A stretch of DNA of 64,000 bases. Source: Eledone cirrhosa (taxonomy: Eukaryota). The notes under the pieces were generated by a model, which was given only the letters and a program-made list of their open reading frames with translations, had not been told where the DNA came from and searched no databases. The stretch covers positions 80,538,001 through 80,602,000 of the forward strand of contig OZ024744.1 of NCBI GenBank assembly GCA_964016885.1, given 5' to 3'. Numbering within the stretch: the stretch's first letter is position 1; each line of letters opens with the position of its first letter. Both the position numbers and the translations under genes were made by a program. This document shows positions 1-16,185 of the stretch, piece by piece.

Positions 1-1929
1 TATACATACATATATATATACATACATACCTATTTACATATATGTATGTATATATTTCTACTACACAAATATCTATAAACATTAGAAGTTTGAAAATATG
101 TTAACCACAATATAGACAAAAATAGACATATATATATATATATATATTAAAAAAAAAAAACGAAGTTTTGTTTACATGTATTTCAATTTTTATTGTGTAT
201 TGATTATTTTTTTTATATATACACTCAGCCTGTGCATAGAGTGCTTGTTTTGGTATCAACACCAGTAATTCACTGAATTACCTACAATATATATTATATA
301 CACACACACATATATATATATATATACACACATACATATTTATGCATGCATATATATTTACACACACGTATACATATTTATGTATATGTGTGTGTAAATG
401 CATACATATGTATGTATATATGTGTGTAAATACGTCACACACTGCTCTCTGAAAAATGTTTGTATCTGTAAGCCTTTTCCTCATGAGCTAAAGATAAGAA
501 CATGTGTGTATATGTATGTGTATGTGTATATATATATATATATGTGTGTGTGTAATATATATATATATCTCATCATCATCACTTTTTATATTTTCTTTTC
601 CGTGCCCCTAAGTGTTGGACTAGACATTTTTGAGGCAGCTTTTTCTACAGCCGGATGCCTTTATTGATGTTAGCCGATACTTCATTTTTAAGAATAGTCA
701 AACTACTGAAAGATGTATAACTCATGCTTGACATGAACAAATGACAGTCTCTTTAACCCTTTACCATTTACATTACTCTATATTTACTCTTGTATTTTCA
801 CAGTAAACACTTTATCTCACATAATATCGAATCTACGAGATTTTGAATTATCTATTTTGAGAACAATGCCTTAACATAAGTATGAGCAGTCGGTTATGGC
901 AGTTTGAACAGGAAGAGGTGGGAGAATTCTGGCCGCATATGGCCAGTTTAAATATCCTTCTATGCTATGTGATCACCTATGGGCTGAGCCCTTCATCCTC
1001 AGGAGAATCTCTGTTTAGTGTATATTCAACTACCTACCCATTATCCCTATCATGACCATCATCATCATTATTACTCTCTCACACCTACACCTCTCTAATA
1101 CTATACAATCACCTTTTAACACTAACACACCCACTATCATTCTCACTACTACTACAACTACCACCACCACCACCACCACACTTTCACTTGTTATTATCAC
1201 TACCTCTTACCGACACCCCCATTCTCTCCCACTTAGAACTCCACCCACTCCCACACCATCACTAATTATAACTGACACACCCATTATATCAGTACCATCG
1301 CCTGCTATAAAATATCACTCTACGACCAACCCTCTACCACTACACCAAACTCCATTCTCAATGCCTGTGTGACCAGTGAAGGCATTGCATATAGATCTCT
1401 CCATATTCAGCACCTTCACCCTCTACTGTTAACCATCATTCTCTCCATAATACTCAGTCTTTGGTGATATTTACCTATCACCCATGCACATATATAATAA
1501 ATACCCTTCACTGCCAAATATCACTACCACCACCACCACCATCATCATCCTCACCTGTCACTAATCCCCATCACTCAATCTCGTACCAACAACCAGCATG
1601 TAGTTACCACCGTTCCTCCTACCCTACTAATCCTATTACTCTGTTTCTCCCTTTATACTCATTTCTTTCTGCTTCACAATCCTTAGCTGTCATCTACTAC
1701 TCCCACCATTTCACTTTGATGTTGCTCCATAGCATCAACTCATTCATAACATGACCCACACCTTTAGTGGTAGAATCTGAGAAGCTGAATACAACGTGGG
1801 TGATTAGAGGAACGAAAATGTCAAGTATGCGTGAGTGGAAATGGTATGAGTCTAGCAAGCCCTGAGGAGCAGAAATTATTATAGTATTAGTAATAAAAGA
1901 AGCAGAATGCAGTGAGAGCACATCTATAG

Positions 1930-3243
1930 GCAAATGGCAAAAGTGTGTTTATGAGTGACTTTTGTCTCTCTAGATGCAGTTTAGGATGTCAGTGTGAGCA
2001 ACAGAAGCACCATCCCAGATGTTGGGTATAAGTTGAGCTTTGTAGAGGGTCAGTAATTTCTAGGGTTTGAAGTATTTCATATCCTTGAAGAGAAAGGCCA
2101 ATTATAGTTCTAGTATGTGGAAAGGAAAACAAGGCCCAGATTCCCTCAGGGAAATGGCCTTGCTCAGAGTGCAGAAAAAGAGTAGGTAGAAATTCCATCC
2201 TATGTCCCAAATGCAAACTATGGGTACACAAGTGATACAGTGAGATCTCAGGTAGGTTAGCAAAGAACGTAGGTTTTACATGTGGTCGGTCAAAAAAGCT
2301 CTGTAGAAGTAGTAGATAGTTTCTGTTTCTTGGGTGACCAAATTAGCAGTGGAGGAAGGTGATCCAAAAGCACAGTAGCCAGAGTGAGAATGGATTGAAA
2401 AAAGTTCAGGGAGTTACTGCTGCTGCTAACTACAAAAGGTTTTCCCTTCAAAATGAAGGGTAGATTGTATGATGCATGTATATGAACAGTAACATTACAT
2501 GGTAGTGAGACCTGGGTGTAGTGTGAAGATTGGAAAGAAATGTAGCATGCTTTTGATGGATGTGTAATAGTAATATACATGAACAGCAAAGCGTAAATGA
2601 ACTGAGAGGGATCAGATGCAGCGTGCAGGAAAGGAGATTGCATTGGTATGGACATGTGATGCTTATGAAGGATGACAGCTGTATAAAAAGGTGCAGAGTG
2701 CTCAAATTTGATGGAAGCTATGGAGTGAGGTGATAAAAGCTCACCTTGCACAATTGCATATCTCAAAGGCGATGAAACAGGTCCATGATCTCTGGCATTA
2801 TATAGTACTACAGAAGACCTGCTTTCCCATGTGCATGGGTTAAGGCATACATCTAGTATGTGCCACCTTTTCCTCAATCACCCCTCACCATGCCCCTATA
2901 CCTACCTCCCCAATCCCCCTATACCTCCCCTACCCAAGTGGTTGTTATAAGTGTCACAACAAAAAGCACCCAGCCCACACTGTAAAGTGGTGGAGTAGGT
3001 GTCACGACAAAAAGCACCCAGTCAACACTGTAAAGTGGTTGTGGATGTATCACGAGCACCCAGCACTCACTGTAAATGTGTTTAGCATTAGGAAAGGCAT
3101 CCAGCTGTAGAAACCAATCCAAAATCAGTTCTCTGTGTGCCACACACGGTCATCTGATTTGACTTGTCTCAGATCGAGACAGCTCATCTAAGTCATGCTA
3201 GCATGGAAAATGGATGTTAAACAGTGATGATGATGGTGATGAT
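1930..3243 (+). mobile_element. Degenerate RTE 3' fragment
   Basis: decayed finger/RT C-terminus similar to the young RTE, shared 3'UTR and GAT tail. Confidence 0.85.
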
Positions 3244-3813
3244 TCTAGCTTTGCTGAGAATGTGCATTGACTGCAAGAGATTCTCAGTCATTGTGATGTC
3301 TAGCATCTGGATTGATCACAAGTGTTCTAGCTGTATGTTGCTCATAACAAAAGACGGTACAATGTGATGATTTTTAAAAATAAATTTACAATATTATTTT
3401 TTAGTTGTTAAAAGAGTGAAGTTTGGTATGACTCCATTGGAGAATGTTCTCAAAGTCTTTGTTCCTTGAATCAGTTGTAGCCTGGTATGAGATGTTAAGA
3501 TTGCATGCAGATAACAGTTGGTTACAGATGAATGAAAGGTGGTATTGTTTGCTTAAGAATCACCAGTGTTGAATGTGATGGCTAGATGTGGTTTGCCTGA
3601 ACCCTGAGGCATACCAGAGTTCACAGAGAGAGAAAGAGAGAGACCACTGTCACCACATGCTATGATAGTGCATTATCAAGCCAAACTACTCATCTAAGAG
3701 ATGACAAGTTGATAGTCATATTCGAAAGCTATACAAGAAATAGCAGCAAAATTCCCCTCATATTACACCCTACCATCAATAAAAAAACCAAGGACACATA
3801 TAATTCTATAAAC

Positions 3814-3845
<32 letters not shown>

Positions 3846-4864
3846 ACACTACCTGAAAACAAAATAGATTCATCATGTCTGGAACATCGTTGATCATAGA
3901 TCTGCTTGGTCAGTGTTGATCTGAGATGAAACAACAACAAAAATAAAAGCTTTGCATACTAACTCTATTTTTCAATATTAATTAAGTCATCTAATTAATA
4001 ATGAAACTTACATACAACTTACGGTTGAACAACCTGTGATTCCCAATCCCTGACTGCTTAGAATTTTACTTAGTTGAGTGTATATCATAGTAGTGCACAA
4101 AATTTGGTTGATAGAGTTTTTTTTTAAAAATGTCACAATGTTGTAGCATTTGCAAAGGAAAGGTTTACAAGATTATGAAAAGGAACACATACATCTATCA
4201 TATTGGTCCCTGTTATTTTTATTTATATTTCCACAATATAATAATGGCTTATGAAAGCTTGAGTTATGATTTTTCTTCATTTTTTTTTAACATCCAAGTC
4301 ATTTATGGTCACTCATATCTCTCTTGCCCATTTCTATACCACACATATCTACACAGATACACATAAATACGAATTGTAAGCAAGATCTGATGCTTGCTTA
4401 CTTACTTAATTTGGCATGGATACAGGTATATTGCTACTTTCCTGTATGTTACAGGTCTAGAGAATCACAAACCAAGAATAAACATAAAATATATGTTCTG
4501 TGTTTTTAGACAAAAAGGATTCTTACAGACGATTGAGAAATTAATGAAATAAAAACAAAGTTTAATTAAATATCCTTAACACTCTGTAGATGTATCGTTA
4601 GAAAAAAACAAAACAAATATAGAACCACAAATTGTTAAAAAATACAGTTAAAAAAAAAATTATTGTTCTAATACATTACATTTTTTTTTTACAAAACTTT
4701 TGCTCTTATGATGAAACAATGAAAAGCTTAAATTAACACTCGTTAATTTACACTTTGGCTGGCTTGATTATCTTTCGGTTTTTCCATCAGTTCTTCCTCA
4801 TCACTCAGAAGAAAGGAGAGGGTATATATAAAATAGCAACATCCTTTTATTGGTTAAGGCATCA

Positions 4865-4935
4865 TCAACAGACAGATATTCCGCTTAATTCTCGGGGCAT
4901 AACAGCACGGGTTCTTATGTGAGCCCTTCTCTCAC
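4865..4935 (-). CDS. DIAPH: Putative distal terminal exon: (G)ERRAHIRTRAVMPRELSGISVC*
   Basis: long T tract plus ttctcag acceptor; phase 1; resembles the invertebrate Dia tail (GAERRA...xREL); tandem TGA TGA. Confidence 0.75.
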
Positions 4936-5229
4936 CTGAGAAAATAAGGTAAAAATAAAATAAAATAAAAAAAATAAAAATCAATAAAAATTGGACATTA
5001 TTTTACAAATTGGATGGTTAAACGACAAATGGAATTATGTAAATGCTGCATTTAAACCAACACTTGAGACTGGAAATAAATATCAAACAAAATAGTTTGT
5101 GATATAAGACAAGACACTGTAAGCACACACAAGAAAAGAAACAGTCTCACAGACAGGACTTGAACCTCTGTATCTATTATTGCTTGCTGGACAACTGTAT
5201 TACCAATTACATTACAGAGTGCCTGCCAT

Positions 5230-6241
5230 TCTACTTTTATTGGTGAGAATGGGAATAGAAGAAGTTCCAAAAACTGAGTGACATGCTAGTGGAGAAAAAT
5301 GGAATGTTGCTAAAACTGAAGGGAAAGGTGTATAGTGCATGTATAAGAAGTATCATGATTTATGGGAGTGAGACATGGGTGATGAACGTAGAGCAACAGA
5401 GAAGGCTGGAAAAAACAGAAATGAGAATGGTCTGATGGATGAATGGAGTTTCACTGAGAGAGGGGAAAACAAACAAAGAATTGCAGAAAGATGAAAGTGA
5501 TTGGGTAAGAGGAATATAGCCAGTGATGAATGTTGTGAAGAGCAATGGAATGAGATGGTTGGATCATGTGTTGAGGAAGTATGAAAGTGACTGGGTGAGT
5601 GGAGTGATGGGAAATGTGCCAGTGATAAATGTTGTGAAGAGAAATAGAACGAGATGGTTGGATCATGTGTTGAGGAGGAAGTATGAAAGTGACTGGGTAA
5701 GTGGAGTGATGGGAATAGTGATCGAGGAAAGTAGAAGAAGGGGTAAACCAAGTAAAACAGAAGGCAGTGTAGGAATGGAAGCTAGAGGTTTGGTGAGGGA
5801 GGATGCAGACAAGGGGATAAAATAGAGAAGCTTGTTAATGAAAATCTGAAAGGTTACCTCCACATTTAGCAGCAGATTTTGTGATAAAACACTTATTTTG
5901 ATGGTTTGTATATTAGTGTTCATATCTTATATGATGTTGAGAGAGAAGCTGTGCATAAGAGGAATAAACTGTAGTGAGCGGGAGAGAAGAATCATTGGTA
6001 TGGCCATGTGATGCACATGGATGAGGACCATTGGGTGAAGAAGTGCCAAGTAATCCCAGTGGAAGGAAGATGCAGTAGAGGAATACCACGAAAAACATGG
6101 GCGGAGGTGGTGAGAACTGACCTCAGATCGCTGAAACTAACAGAGGAGATGACAAAGGACTGTGACAAATGTACTGAATAGGACCCGTCCAACCCATGCA
6201 AGCAGGGAAAAGCAGACATAAAATGATAATGATGATGATGA
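5230..6241 (+). mobile_element. Old RTE 3' fragments with an internal ~95-nt tandem duplication (5491-5710)
   Basis: GSETW-like and RWxxHV-like remnants; GAT tail near 6225-6240. Confidence 0.7.
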
Positions 6242-7131
6242 GCATGAATTAACAATATATTCATTTACCAAATATGTGAAAACAACAATTATATTTTCTC
6301 TTTGACTATGAATAATCAATGTATATACCAAAGGTCTCGAATGCAAGGACTCAAAAGGTCCTGATGTCTTGGGGAAGAGGCACAGTGGGCCAAAGATGAG
6401 ATGATGTAGAGGTGGTGATGGTACATGGTTACTTATAAACAAATACTCATGTTCATTTCTTCACTTTCACTTTAAAACATTATAGTACTAACTGAACAGA
6501 GAAGTTTATATATATTTATATATATATATATATATAAATATATAAATATATAAATATATATATATATATATAAATATTTCTCATTCATTTTTCTCATTTC
6601 ATTTTACGTCCACTTTTTCCCTGCTTGCAAGGGTGGGACGGGAACTGATTCTGGCTTGATTTCTACAGCTGGATGCCCTTCCTAACACCAACCTCATTTA
6701 CAGTGAGTGCTGGGTGCTTTTTTGCCGTGGCACCTCCACGACCACTTTACAGTGGAATGATAGGGACCCCAGTCCCTATCATCTCATTTCTACAGCTGAG
6801 TAAACAATTTTTGTGACTAATTAAGGAAAATTTGAAATGTAAAAATTTGTCCCCCTACATTTTGTACCAATTCACATATCCCACTTACTATCATATGTGT
6901 ATTAATTTTGGTGAAACAAACAAAAATAGATATCAGGCCATCAGCTGTATTTGAGATTAGCATAATATCTGGTGGAAATCATGTCACCACCACCATCACT
7001 GCATCATTTCACCTTTGGCCCTCTGTACCCCTTCCCTAAAGACATAATGACCTTTTTGAGTCCTTGAGTTTGAGACCCTGGTATATATATTTATATATAT
7101 ATATATTTATATATATTTATATTTATATATA

Positions 7132-7183
<52 letters not shown>

Positions 7184-7231
7184 TATATATTTATATATAT
7201 ATATTTATATATAAATATATAAATATATATA

Positions 7232-8144
7232 TGAACAGCAATGCTGCATGGCAGTGAGACCTGGGCATTGTGTGCAGAGGATATACGCAGACTAGAGAGG
7301 AACGAAGCTTGCATGCTCCGCTGGATGTGCAATAGTAATATACGTGAACGGCAAAGCATAAACGAACTAAGGAAAAAATTAGAAATAAGAGGGATCAGAT
7401 GTTGTTTACTCGAGAGAAGGCTACGTTGGTACGGTCACGTGATGCGCATGAAAGACGACAGCTGTATAACAAAGTGCAGGGCAATAAAGATAGACGGTAG
7501 CCACGGAGTAGGCAGACCCAGAAAAACATGGGACGAGCTGATAAATTCCGACCTCACACGCTTACACCTCTCCAAGACAATGTCACTGGATCGAGACCTT
7601 TGGCGGTACTCAGTAATAGAGAAGACCCGCCTTACCTAAATACAAAGTAAAAACCTACTACAGTCAGTAGGCACCTCTATCAAAACACACCCCCGTCCCA
7701 CCACCTCCACCCCACCCACACCGCCCCTTTCAATGTAAAGTTATGTTGGTCCCACAACATCCAGGCCGAAACAAATGAGATCGTGTAGGTGTCACGACAA
7801 AAAACACACAGTCCACGCTGTAAATGTGGCCGTGTAGGCAACACGGTAAAAACCTCCCAGCCCCACACTGTAAATGTGGTTGGTGTTAGGAAGGGCATCC
7901 AGCTGTAGAAAACCAGCCAGACAGTCCACGCTGTAATGTGGCCGTGTAGGCAACACGGTAAAAACCTCCCAGCCCCACACTGTAAATGTGGTTGGTGTTA
8001 GGAAGGGCATCCAACTGTAGAAAACCCGCCAGACAGTCCTATGCGAGCAAGACAATCACTCTTGCCTCAAGTGGGAAAACCCCCGTCCAAACCCATGCAA
8101 GCGTGGAACACGGACGCTAAACCTGATGATGATGATGATGATGA
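7232..8144 (+). mobile_element. 5'-truncated RTE 3' end inserted in a TA microsatellite
   Basis: ORF 7241-7639 (MLHGSETW...RRLRWYGH), 3'UTR with duplicated block, (GAT)n tail. Confidence 0.93.
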
Positions 8145-8746
<602 letters not shown>

Positions 8747-8747
8747 C

Positions 8748-9079
8748 CAGGGTCTCAAACTCAAGGACTCAAAAAGGTCATTATGTCTTTAGGGAAGGGG
8801 TACAGAGGACCAAAGGTGAAATGATGCAGTGATGGTGGTGGTGACATGATTTCCACCAGATATTATGCTAATCTCAAATACAGCTGATGGCCTGATATCT
8901 ATTTTTGTTTGTTTCACCAAAATTAATACACATATGATAGTAAGTGGGATATGTGAATTGGTACAAAATGTAGGGGGACAAATTTTTACATTTCAAATTT
9001 TCCTTAATTAGTCACAAAAATTGTTCTGCCGAAGGGGCCATAGATAAGTAGTTTGTGGGCTGAGTGTTTGAGACCCCTG
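8748..9079 (+). mobile_element. hAT-like MITE with CAGGG(G)TCTCAAAC termini; near-perfect inverted partial copy at 6803-7082; old copy at 6329-6430
   Basis: cagggtctcaaac ... gtttgagacccctg terminal inverted repeats. Confidence 0.75.
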
Positions 9080-9518
9080 ATGTATATAATCACTATCAAT
9101 GGGATATTGGCCCTATAGATTTGAACCCTTTAACATTTACATTACTCTATATATACTATTATATTTCCATGGTAAAGGCTTTACCTTAAATAATATGGAA
9201 TCTATGAGATTTTAATGATATTTATTTTGAGAACAATACCTTAAAATAAGTATGAACAGCTGGTTACAGCTGGTTTGAACAGAAAGAAGTGAGCGCATTC
9301 TGGCCGGATACGGCCAGTTTAAATGTTAAAGGGTTAAGGAATGATAGATGTAAATTGTGGTGTAGTGTCTATGCCCTTTTGAAAGACTGAGAAAGACTGA
9401 GAAAACAGTTTTACAATTAAGTGTTTTATTTCCAATAAAAACAACAAACAATAATTAGTAGAATAGAAATATTTAGAATAAGCGAAAACTATTGAAATTC
9501 AGTTAGTATGGAGAGATA

Positions 9519-9551
<33 letters not shown>

Positions 9552-10029
9552 ATGACATAGATTTTACTGTCATTATTATTACATAACACAAACATTCTTT
9601 CTATGATATTGCAATAAAATAATTTTTAAAAAACAAAAATACAAAAACAAAAGTGACTTTTTTTTGATTAAGTAAAATGAAAAAAAAAAAAAAAGAATAA
9701 CTTGAAAAAAAATTGATGAATCAATTACGTAAATGACATACAATAAAAATAAAAAAAAGCAATCATAAAAATAGATTAAAAATAAAATAGGCAACAAAAA
9801 AATAAAATATTAATCATGCTGATAAAATAAAATACATCCAATGCATTTGGAAATAGCCGTATTTCTCAACGTGGAAGACAATTTTTTTCCCCTAAAATAA
9901 GCCAGGGAAATTTACCTTGCATCTTGGAGGCCAAAGGTTAAGTTAGTCATAGACCTAAACTTTTTGTTCTTTTTTTTTTTTCCTTCAAAAGTTAGCAACT
10001 TAAAATCTTCAATGCCAGGATATACGACA

Positions 10030-10470
10030 TATATATATATTGCATATATATTATATCTATATTACATACATATTACATATATATTACATACATACATATT
10101 ACATATATATTACATACATATTACATATATATTAGATATATATTTACATACATATTTACATACATATTACATATATATATTTACATACATATTACATATA
10201 TATATTTACATACATATTACATATATATATATTTACATACATATTACATATATATATATTTACATACATATTACATATATATATATTTACATACATATTA
10301 CATATATATATATTTACATACATATTACATATATATATATTTACATACATATTACATATATATATATTTACATACATATTACATATATATATATTTACAT
10401 ACATATTACATATATATATATTTACATACATATTACATATATATATATTTACATACATATTACATATATA

Positions 10471-10524
<54 letters not shown>

Positions 10525-10533
10525 TATATATAT
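10030..10533. repeat. 24-nt TA-derived minisatellite (ttacatacatattacatatatata-type)
   Basis: about 12 regular units (the periodic IHITYIYI ORF). Confidence 0.95.
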
Positions 10534-12263
10534 AAAATGATTAATTAATTATTGTGTTTGAAATATTAAAAGATTTTGTATAACTCTTAACATCCTGTAT
10601 CACATGAAACCCCATTGTTACCTTGTTACCAAGACATTCTTAAAAGGTACAAAACACCACTGTGACTGCATAACATTAAATATAAAAGTCTTTACTTAAG
10701 TTTACAGCAAATTTTCACATCTGTCCACTTTTAAAGATGATATAAATATTTGAATTAACAAATTTTTTTTTAGACATTTTCTGCTGAAACATTATAGGAT
10801 GTTAAGAGTTAAATTTTAGGACACTACAACAGCAAAGTAAATCAAAAAACATTTCAGGAAATAGATGAAATTTTTTAATCCATTTAATCCACAAGAGGTT
10901 CAAGATAATATGAATTAAAGAAGATCTTCGAAAGACATTGTTAGTGTTGATCTCAAGAATAAACAATAATCAGCACCATCACAACCATTGATGCTGATTA
11001 AGATTTAAAAAAAAAAAAAATTTTGACTTCAAATAAGACTGTAATGACAAACAAGTGTTTAAACAAAGCGAGCAGAGGGCATGCTGGGATAAATATTGAG
11101 AGCTAATGCACATAAGACTTCTGACAATAAATATAACAGTGAGGAATAGATTTCACCCCTTTGTAACTAAATTAACCCTTTAACATTTACATTACTCTAT
11201 ATTTACTATTGTATTTTCATGGTAAAGGCTTTACCTCACAAAATATTGAATCTATGAGCTTTTGATATTATTGATTTTGAGAACAATACCTTCACATCAG
11301 TATGAGTAGCCAGTTACAGCCGGTTTGAACAGAAAGGGGTGAGAGAATTCTGGCCGTCTATAACTGGTTTAAATGCTAAAGGGTTAATCAACTATAACAA
11401 CAATTCTATCTCGTTAGTTAATACTTTCATGACTATATTTCTAATAAAATACATTGCCTATGTATAGCAACTTAATTTTGAAAATAATCCAAAATTTGGA
11501 GGAATTTAGTAAAATAACTATCTTTCATATTATTAAGTTGATATTTGAAGTATCATGTAACAAAGTTTCTTACATAAAGTTTTGATGGAAATTTAAACAT
11601 AAACACTTTAAAACAAGGAGTTTTGTATTGTAGAACCAGGGGTAGTGGTCTCAAATGGGGTGGTATTAACATTTACATTACTCTATCTTTACTATTGGAT
11701 TTTCATGGTAAACACTTTATCTCACATAATATCGAATTTACGAGATTTTGATATTATTTTGAGAACAATACCTTAACATAAGTATGAGCAGCCAATTATG
11801 GCTGGTTTGAACAGAAAGAGGTGAGAGAATTCTGGTCAGATACGGCCAGTTTAAATACTAACGTATTAAACTATGGTTGTCACTTGCAATCGAGTACGGC
11901 TTGGTAGTATGTTCCATGATTATGCTAAGTTTTAGATATCTAATGCAGTTGAAAGGAGACAGCGAAACCCTCTTGACCCTCCCATCCTTGATCCAGTGGA
12001 ACATCTAGGACAGAGGTTCTGAAAATCCGCATAGAGATGAACATGAAAGGGATTTGTCCATTGTACAGGAACAAATCATGGAATGGCATAGACAGGAGGG
12101 AAAGCCAACATAGTATGACAACCAGAGATACCAGAGTGTCATGTTCGTGGATGCAACCCGTGGAGGTTAATTATCTCACCAATTTAGAAAGGCATTAAGA
12201 AAAACCTATTTAAAGATTAAAGTGGTAGAAATGTCAGGAACTACCATAAAATCCCTGATCAGG

Positions 12264-14990
12264 GAGCATACTTGCTTCATTTCTCTCCAGCCGTCACATA
12301 TCCTCTGCAGTTGCTGCCCATGTCTCACTACCATGCAGCATCGCGCATCTCACACAGGCATCATATAACCGTCCTTTCGTACGCAGGGAGAAACCCTTCT
12401 TTGTCAACAGAGGAAGCAGCTCCCTAAACTTCTTCCAACCCATCCTTATTCTAGATACTATGGCCTTGGAACACCCCCCTCCCATGCTAATCTGATCACC
12501 TAGGTACCGGAAGCTATCAACCACTTCTATAGAACCCACCTGCATTGGAAAAATGTGTCTATCACTGCAATTAATTCTGCCAACTTTCCCTGTACATCTA
12601 CTGCATACGTAGTTTTCCCTACCTGTTAGTTTGCCTGCTATCCCACTACATCTCTCGTGTACCCAAGATCTGCATTGCATACATTTTATGGAATTTATGC
12701 CAGTTCCTTTTCTACATATCGAACATGGCCATTTCCCCGATGGAATCAGAGTATTGTCCTCTCTTCTACTTATCAACACTTTTGTCTTAGCTAAGTTCAC
12801 TCTCAGGCCTCTTGATTCTAACTGCTGTTTCCATAGACAGAATTTATTCTCTAGCTCCTCTACTGATTCTGCTATAAGAACCAGATCATCAGCATAGAGA
12901 AGTTCCCATAGGCATCCAGTCTTAAACTCCTGTTATGGCTTGGAGGACTATAATGAACAAGAGCGGGCTGAGGACCTAACCTTGATGTACTCCTACTTGT
13001 ATCTGGAATTCCTCACTAAACTCTATTCCTATTCTCACTTTACTGACAACACCCCTGTACATAGCCTGCACAAGCCATTCCTCAACACCTAGTTTCCTTA
13101 GGGATCACCAGATGACAGATCGGGGTACCCTATCAAAGGCCTTCTCTAGGTCAACAAAAGCTAAGTATAGTGGCTTATTCTTCTCTAAGAACCTCTCTTG
13201 TAGTTGCCTCACCAAGAAGAGAGCATCTGTTGTACTTTTCCGAGGCACAAAACCAAACTGCATCTCATCTAATTTGACCCTTTCTCTAATCAGTTGTGCT
13301 AATATTCTCTCTGCCACTTTCATAACCTGATCCATCACCTTTATGCCCCTATAATTGCTCCCTCAAGAGCATCCCCTTTACCTTTGTAGCAATTTATGAG
13401 AATACTGCTGCACCAGTCTTTGGGTATGACACCACCATATATAGCTTGATTGATAATGTGTGCAACCAGTTTAGTGCCTACTTCTCCTGATGCCTTCAGC
13501 ATCTCAGCAACTATCCCTGATGGTCCCGCAGCCTTACCATTCTTCATTTCCTTAATTGCCTCTTGTGCCCTATATTCGTCAATCTCAATAGCTGGTCCCT
13601 CTGTCGGGTCTACTGGGGTTAATTTCTCTCTCTCCCATTCGTTCTCCACATTCATCAGTCTCTCATAACGACATTTCCAGGCCTCTTTTTTCTGATCATT
13701 TGTGACACTAAGTACACCGCCATCATTCCAGACACACTTATCTCCAACAACATCCTGATTTGCACTGACACACTGCCTTGTAATGTGGAATATTGGCAAA
13801 CCTCCTACTCTCAGCCTCCCTGCGTGCTAAGTACACCTGACATCTAGCTTCTCTCTTAGCAGCTGTATATCCTTCCCTACTCCCACCCTTTTTCCAAGCT
13901 AGTTTTTTGTCTCTAATAACACTATCTACCGTGCTGTTCCACCACCAGGCCACTCTCTGTCTGGTTGAAGCTCTGCTCCAGCCACAAGTTTCTTCAGTAG
14001 CCTGCAGTAAGTTGTCATGCAAGAAATTCCAGTTATCATCTATGTCATACAACTCTAAATCGTCTTCTTTTTCGTCATACACATCTTGAAGGGTTTTGCT
14101 AAATTTATATTTTAATGAAAGGTCTTTTAGCTTCCAGACCTTTCTTTTCCACACCTTCCTGTATGTCTCATTCTTTCTCTTACTGAGATGTCACTAACGA
14201 CTAACCTATGCTGCGGGGTACATTCTTCCCCGGGCTATGCCTTAGTATTTGACACCATCTGTCTGCCTCGCTGTCTAACTAGCAGGAAGTCAATCTGGCT
14301 TATGTGCCCGCCTGATTTGTAGGTTATTAGGTGGTTGGTAGGCTTCTGGAAGTTAGTGTTGCAAATGGTTAGTGCATTTGCATCACAAAATTCAAGAAGT
14401 CTCACTCCTTCTTCATTTCTTGAGCCGTAATCGTGCCCACCATGTACCCCAGTGTATCCATCCTGGAACTGTCCTACATGTCCATTGAAGTCCCCTGCGA
14501 GCATAACGATGTTTCTATCCTCTGTCATTGAGGCTGTTTGTAAAAGTTGCTTGTAAAAGCAGTCTTTCTCTCCTTTACCTAGGCCTGCCTGGGGAGCATA
14601 GGCAGAGATAATTGTCAGTAGTCTCTTGCCTACAACTAATCTAAGCTTAATTATTCTATTATTTACTCTAACTTCCTCTATTGTCTTATTGATCCATCTC
14701 TCAGCCAGTAATATGCCCACCCCACCTAACCCATCATCGTTACACACCCAGAAAAGCTTATAACTACGATGTTTGCCTGCGATTAGTCTTGCAGAGGCAC
14801 CTCTCCATCTCACCTCTTGCACACAGCACACATCCACATGCCTTCTCTCCAGCATCTCCGCTATCTCACCAGATCTACCTGTTAGAGCGCCAACATTAAG
14901 TGTGGCAACTTTGAGATGCGATGTCTCGTTCTTTTTCCTGTTGTGCGATTGCCTGATGACGGTCGTGGGGTTCTCACACATGGCCACACC
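12264..14990 (-). mobile_element. RTE LINE of a second subfamily, frameshifted and 3'-truncated
   Basis: split ORFs 14235-15086 (EN: ATLNVG, QEVRW, GDFNGH), 13738-14154, 13341-13799, 13105-13338 and 12294-12800 (RT plus finger). Confidence 0.95.
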
Positions 14991-15559
14991 ACTACCGTGT
15001 GCAGCCCTAACATGGTTAGTGTCATTGCTGTTTACGCAATATATATAAAAATATAAAGTCTGCAATGCTGAAACAGGAGAGACCACAAATCAGGGGAGTA
15101 CTCTATGCATGGGAAGAAGCAGAGTGTTACTGAAATGTATTTTGGTGAATAAATTAAAAATCTGACCAGTCCAGTATCCACAAGCACTAGATATATAATA
15201 TCAATATCTTTTCATCAAAAAGACTTGTCCTTAAGTTTTGTATATATATGTATAAATAAAAACAAAATAAATTTAAACATGCACACTTTAAAAACAATCT
15301 AATAACAAAGACAAAACAAAATATCAATTCCTATGGTCTCATTTTTGATGGCATGGGTACACTACTAAATAAAATAAAATCCAGAATGAAAAAGACTTAG
15401 TATAAACTTAGCAATGCTTGATATGCAGAAAATGAGCAGGCAAGAATTCCATATGGTCTACTCGATACAAGATATAGCTACACATGAGGTGTAGTTGGAT
15501 TGCAGGCAGACTAATATAAAAGATAATTTTTTTTTTTATGTGATGAGTGCATGGGAGTA

Positions 15560-16185
15560 GTCAGCAGTCAGGGTACCAGTAAAATTAAACATTTCTAATG
15601 CTTAGAAAGCTACATAGAAGTAGTTGATAGATTCTGTTACCTGTGTGACCTAATAAGCAGTGGGGAGTGGGTACTCTGAAAGTATAGAAGCTAAAATAAG
15701 AAAATGTTCAGTGTGTTGTTAATTCTGTTGGCAACAAAGGGAGTCTCTTGCTGAACAAAATGTAGATTGTATAATGTTTGTTTGTATTGCAATGCTCTAT
15801 AGAAGTGGATGAGGGGATATGTGAAAACTAGAAATAGATGAGACCAGTATGATCTTTTGGATGTATAATATTAGTGTGCCGGAATGATGAAGCACAGAGA
15901 AGTTCATAAATAAATTGGGTATAACAGAAATCAGATGTTGTATACAAGAGAGAGGACTGCAATTGTTCAGACATGTAATGTGTATGGATAATAACAAGTA
16001 AAGATATATCAGCGGAAGGAAGCCACAACAGAGGATGGCCAAGGCAGACACAGGCAGAGGTGGTGAAAGCTGATCTCAGGAGATGTTAAAAGAACACAAC
16101 ATGTTATAAAACACTATTTTAGAGAGGACCCATTCAAACCATGCAAGCATGAAAATGCAGTTATGATGATGATGAGGATGATGAT
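15560..16185 (+). mobile_element. Old RTE 3' fragment
   Basis: decayed VDxFCYL to 3' tail ending in (GAT)n. Confidence 0.7.

Noticed and set aside
1052-1754. Thr/Pro/His-rich ORFs
   Set aside because: Degenerate CAC/CAT/CTA simple-repeat sequence without splice or homology support
4743-4810. Coding-looking frame LSDEEELMEKPKDNQASQSVN* downstream of the distal stop
   Set aside because: No convincing in-phase acceptor or read-through path; treated as 3'UTR unless RNA data show otherwise
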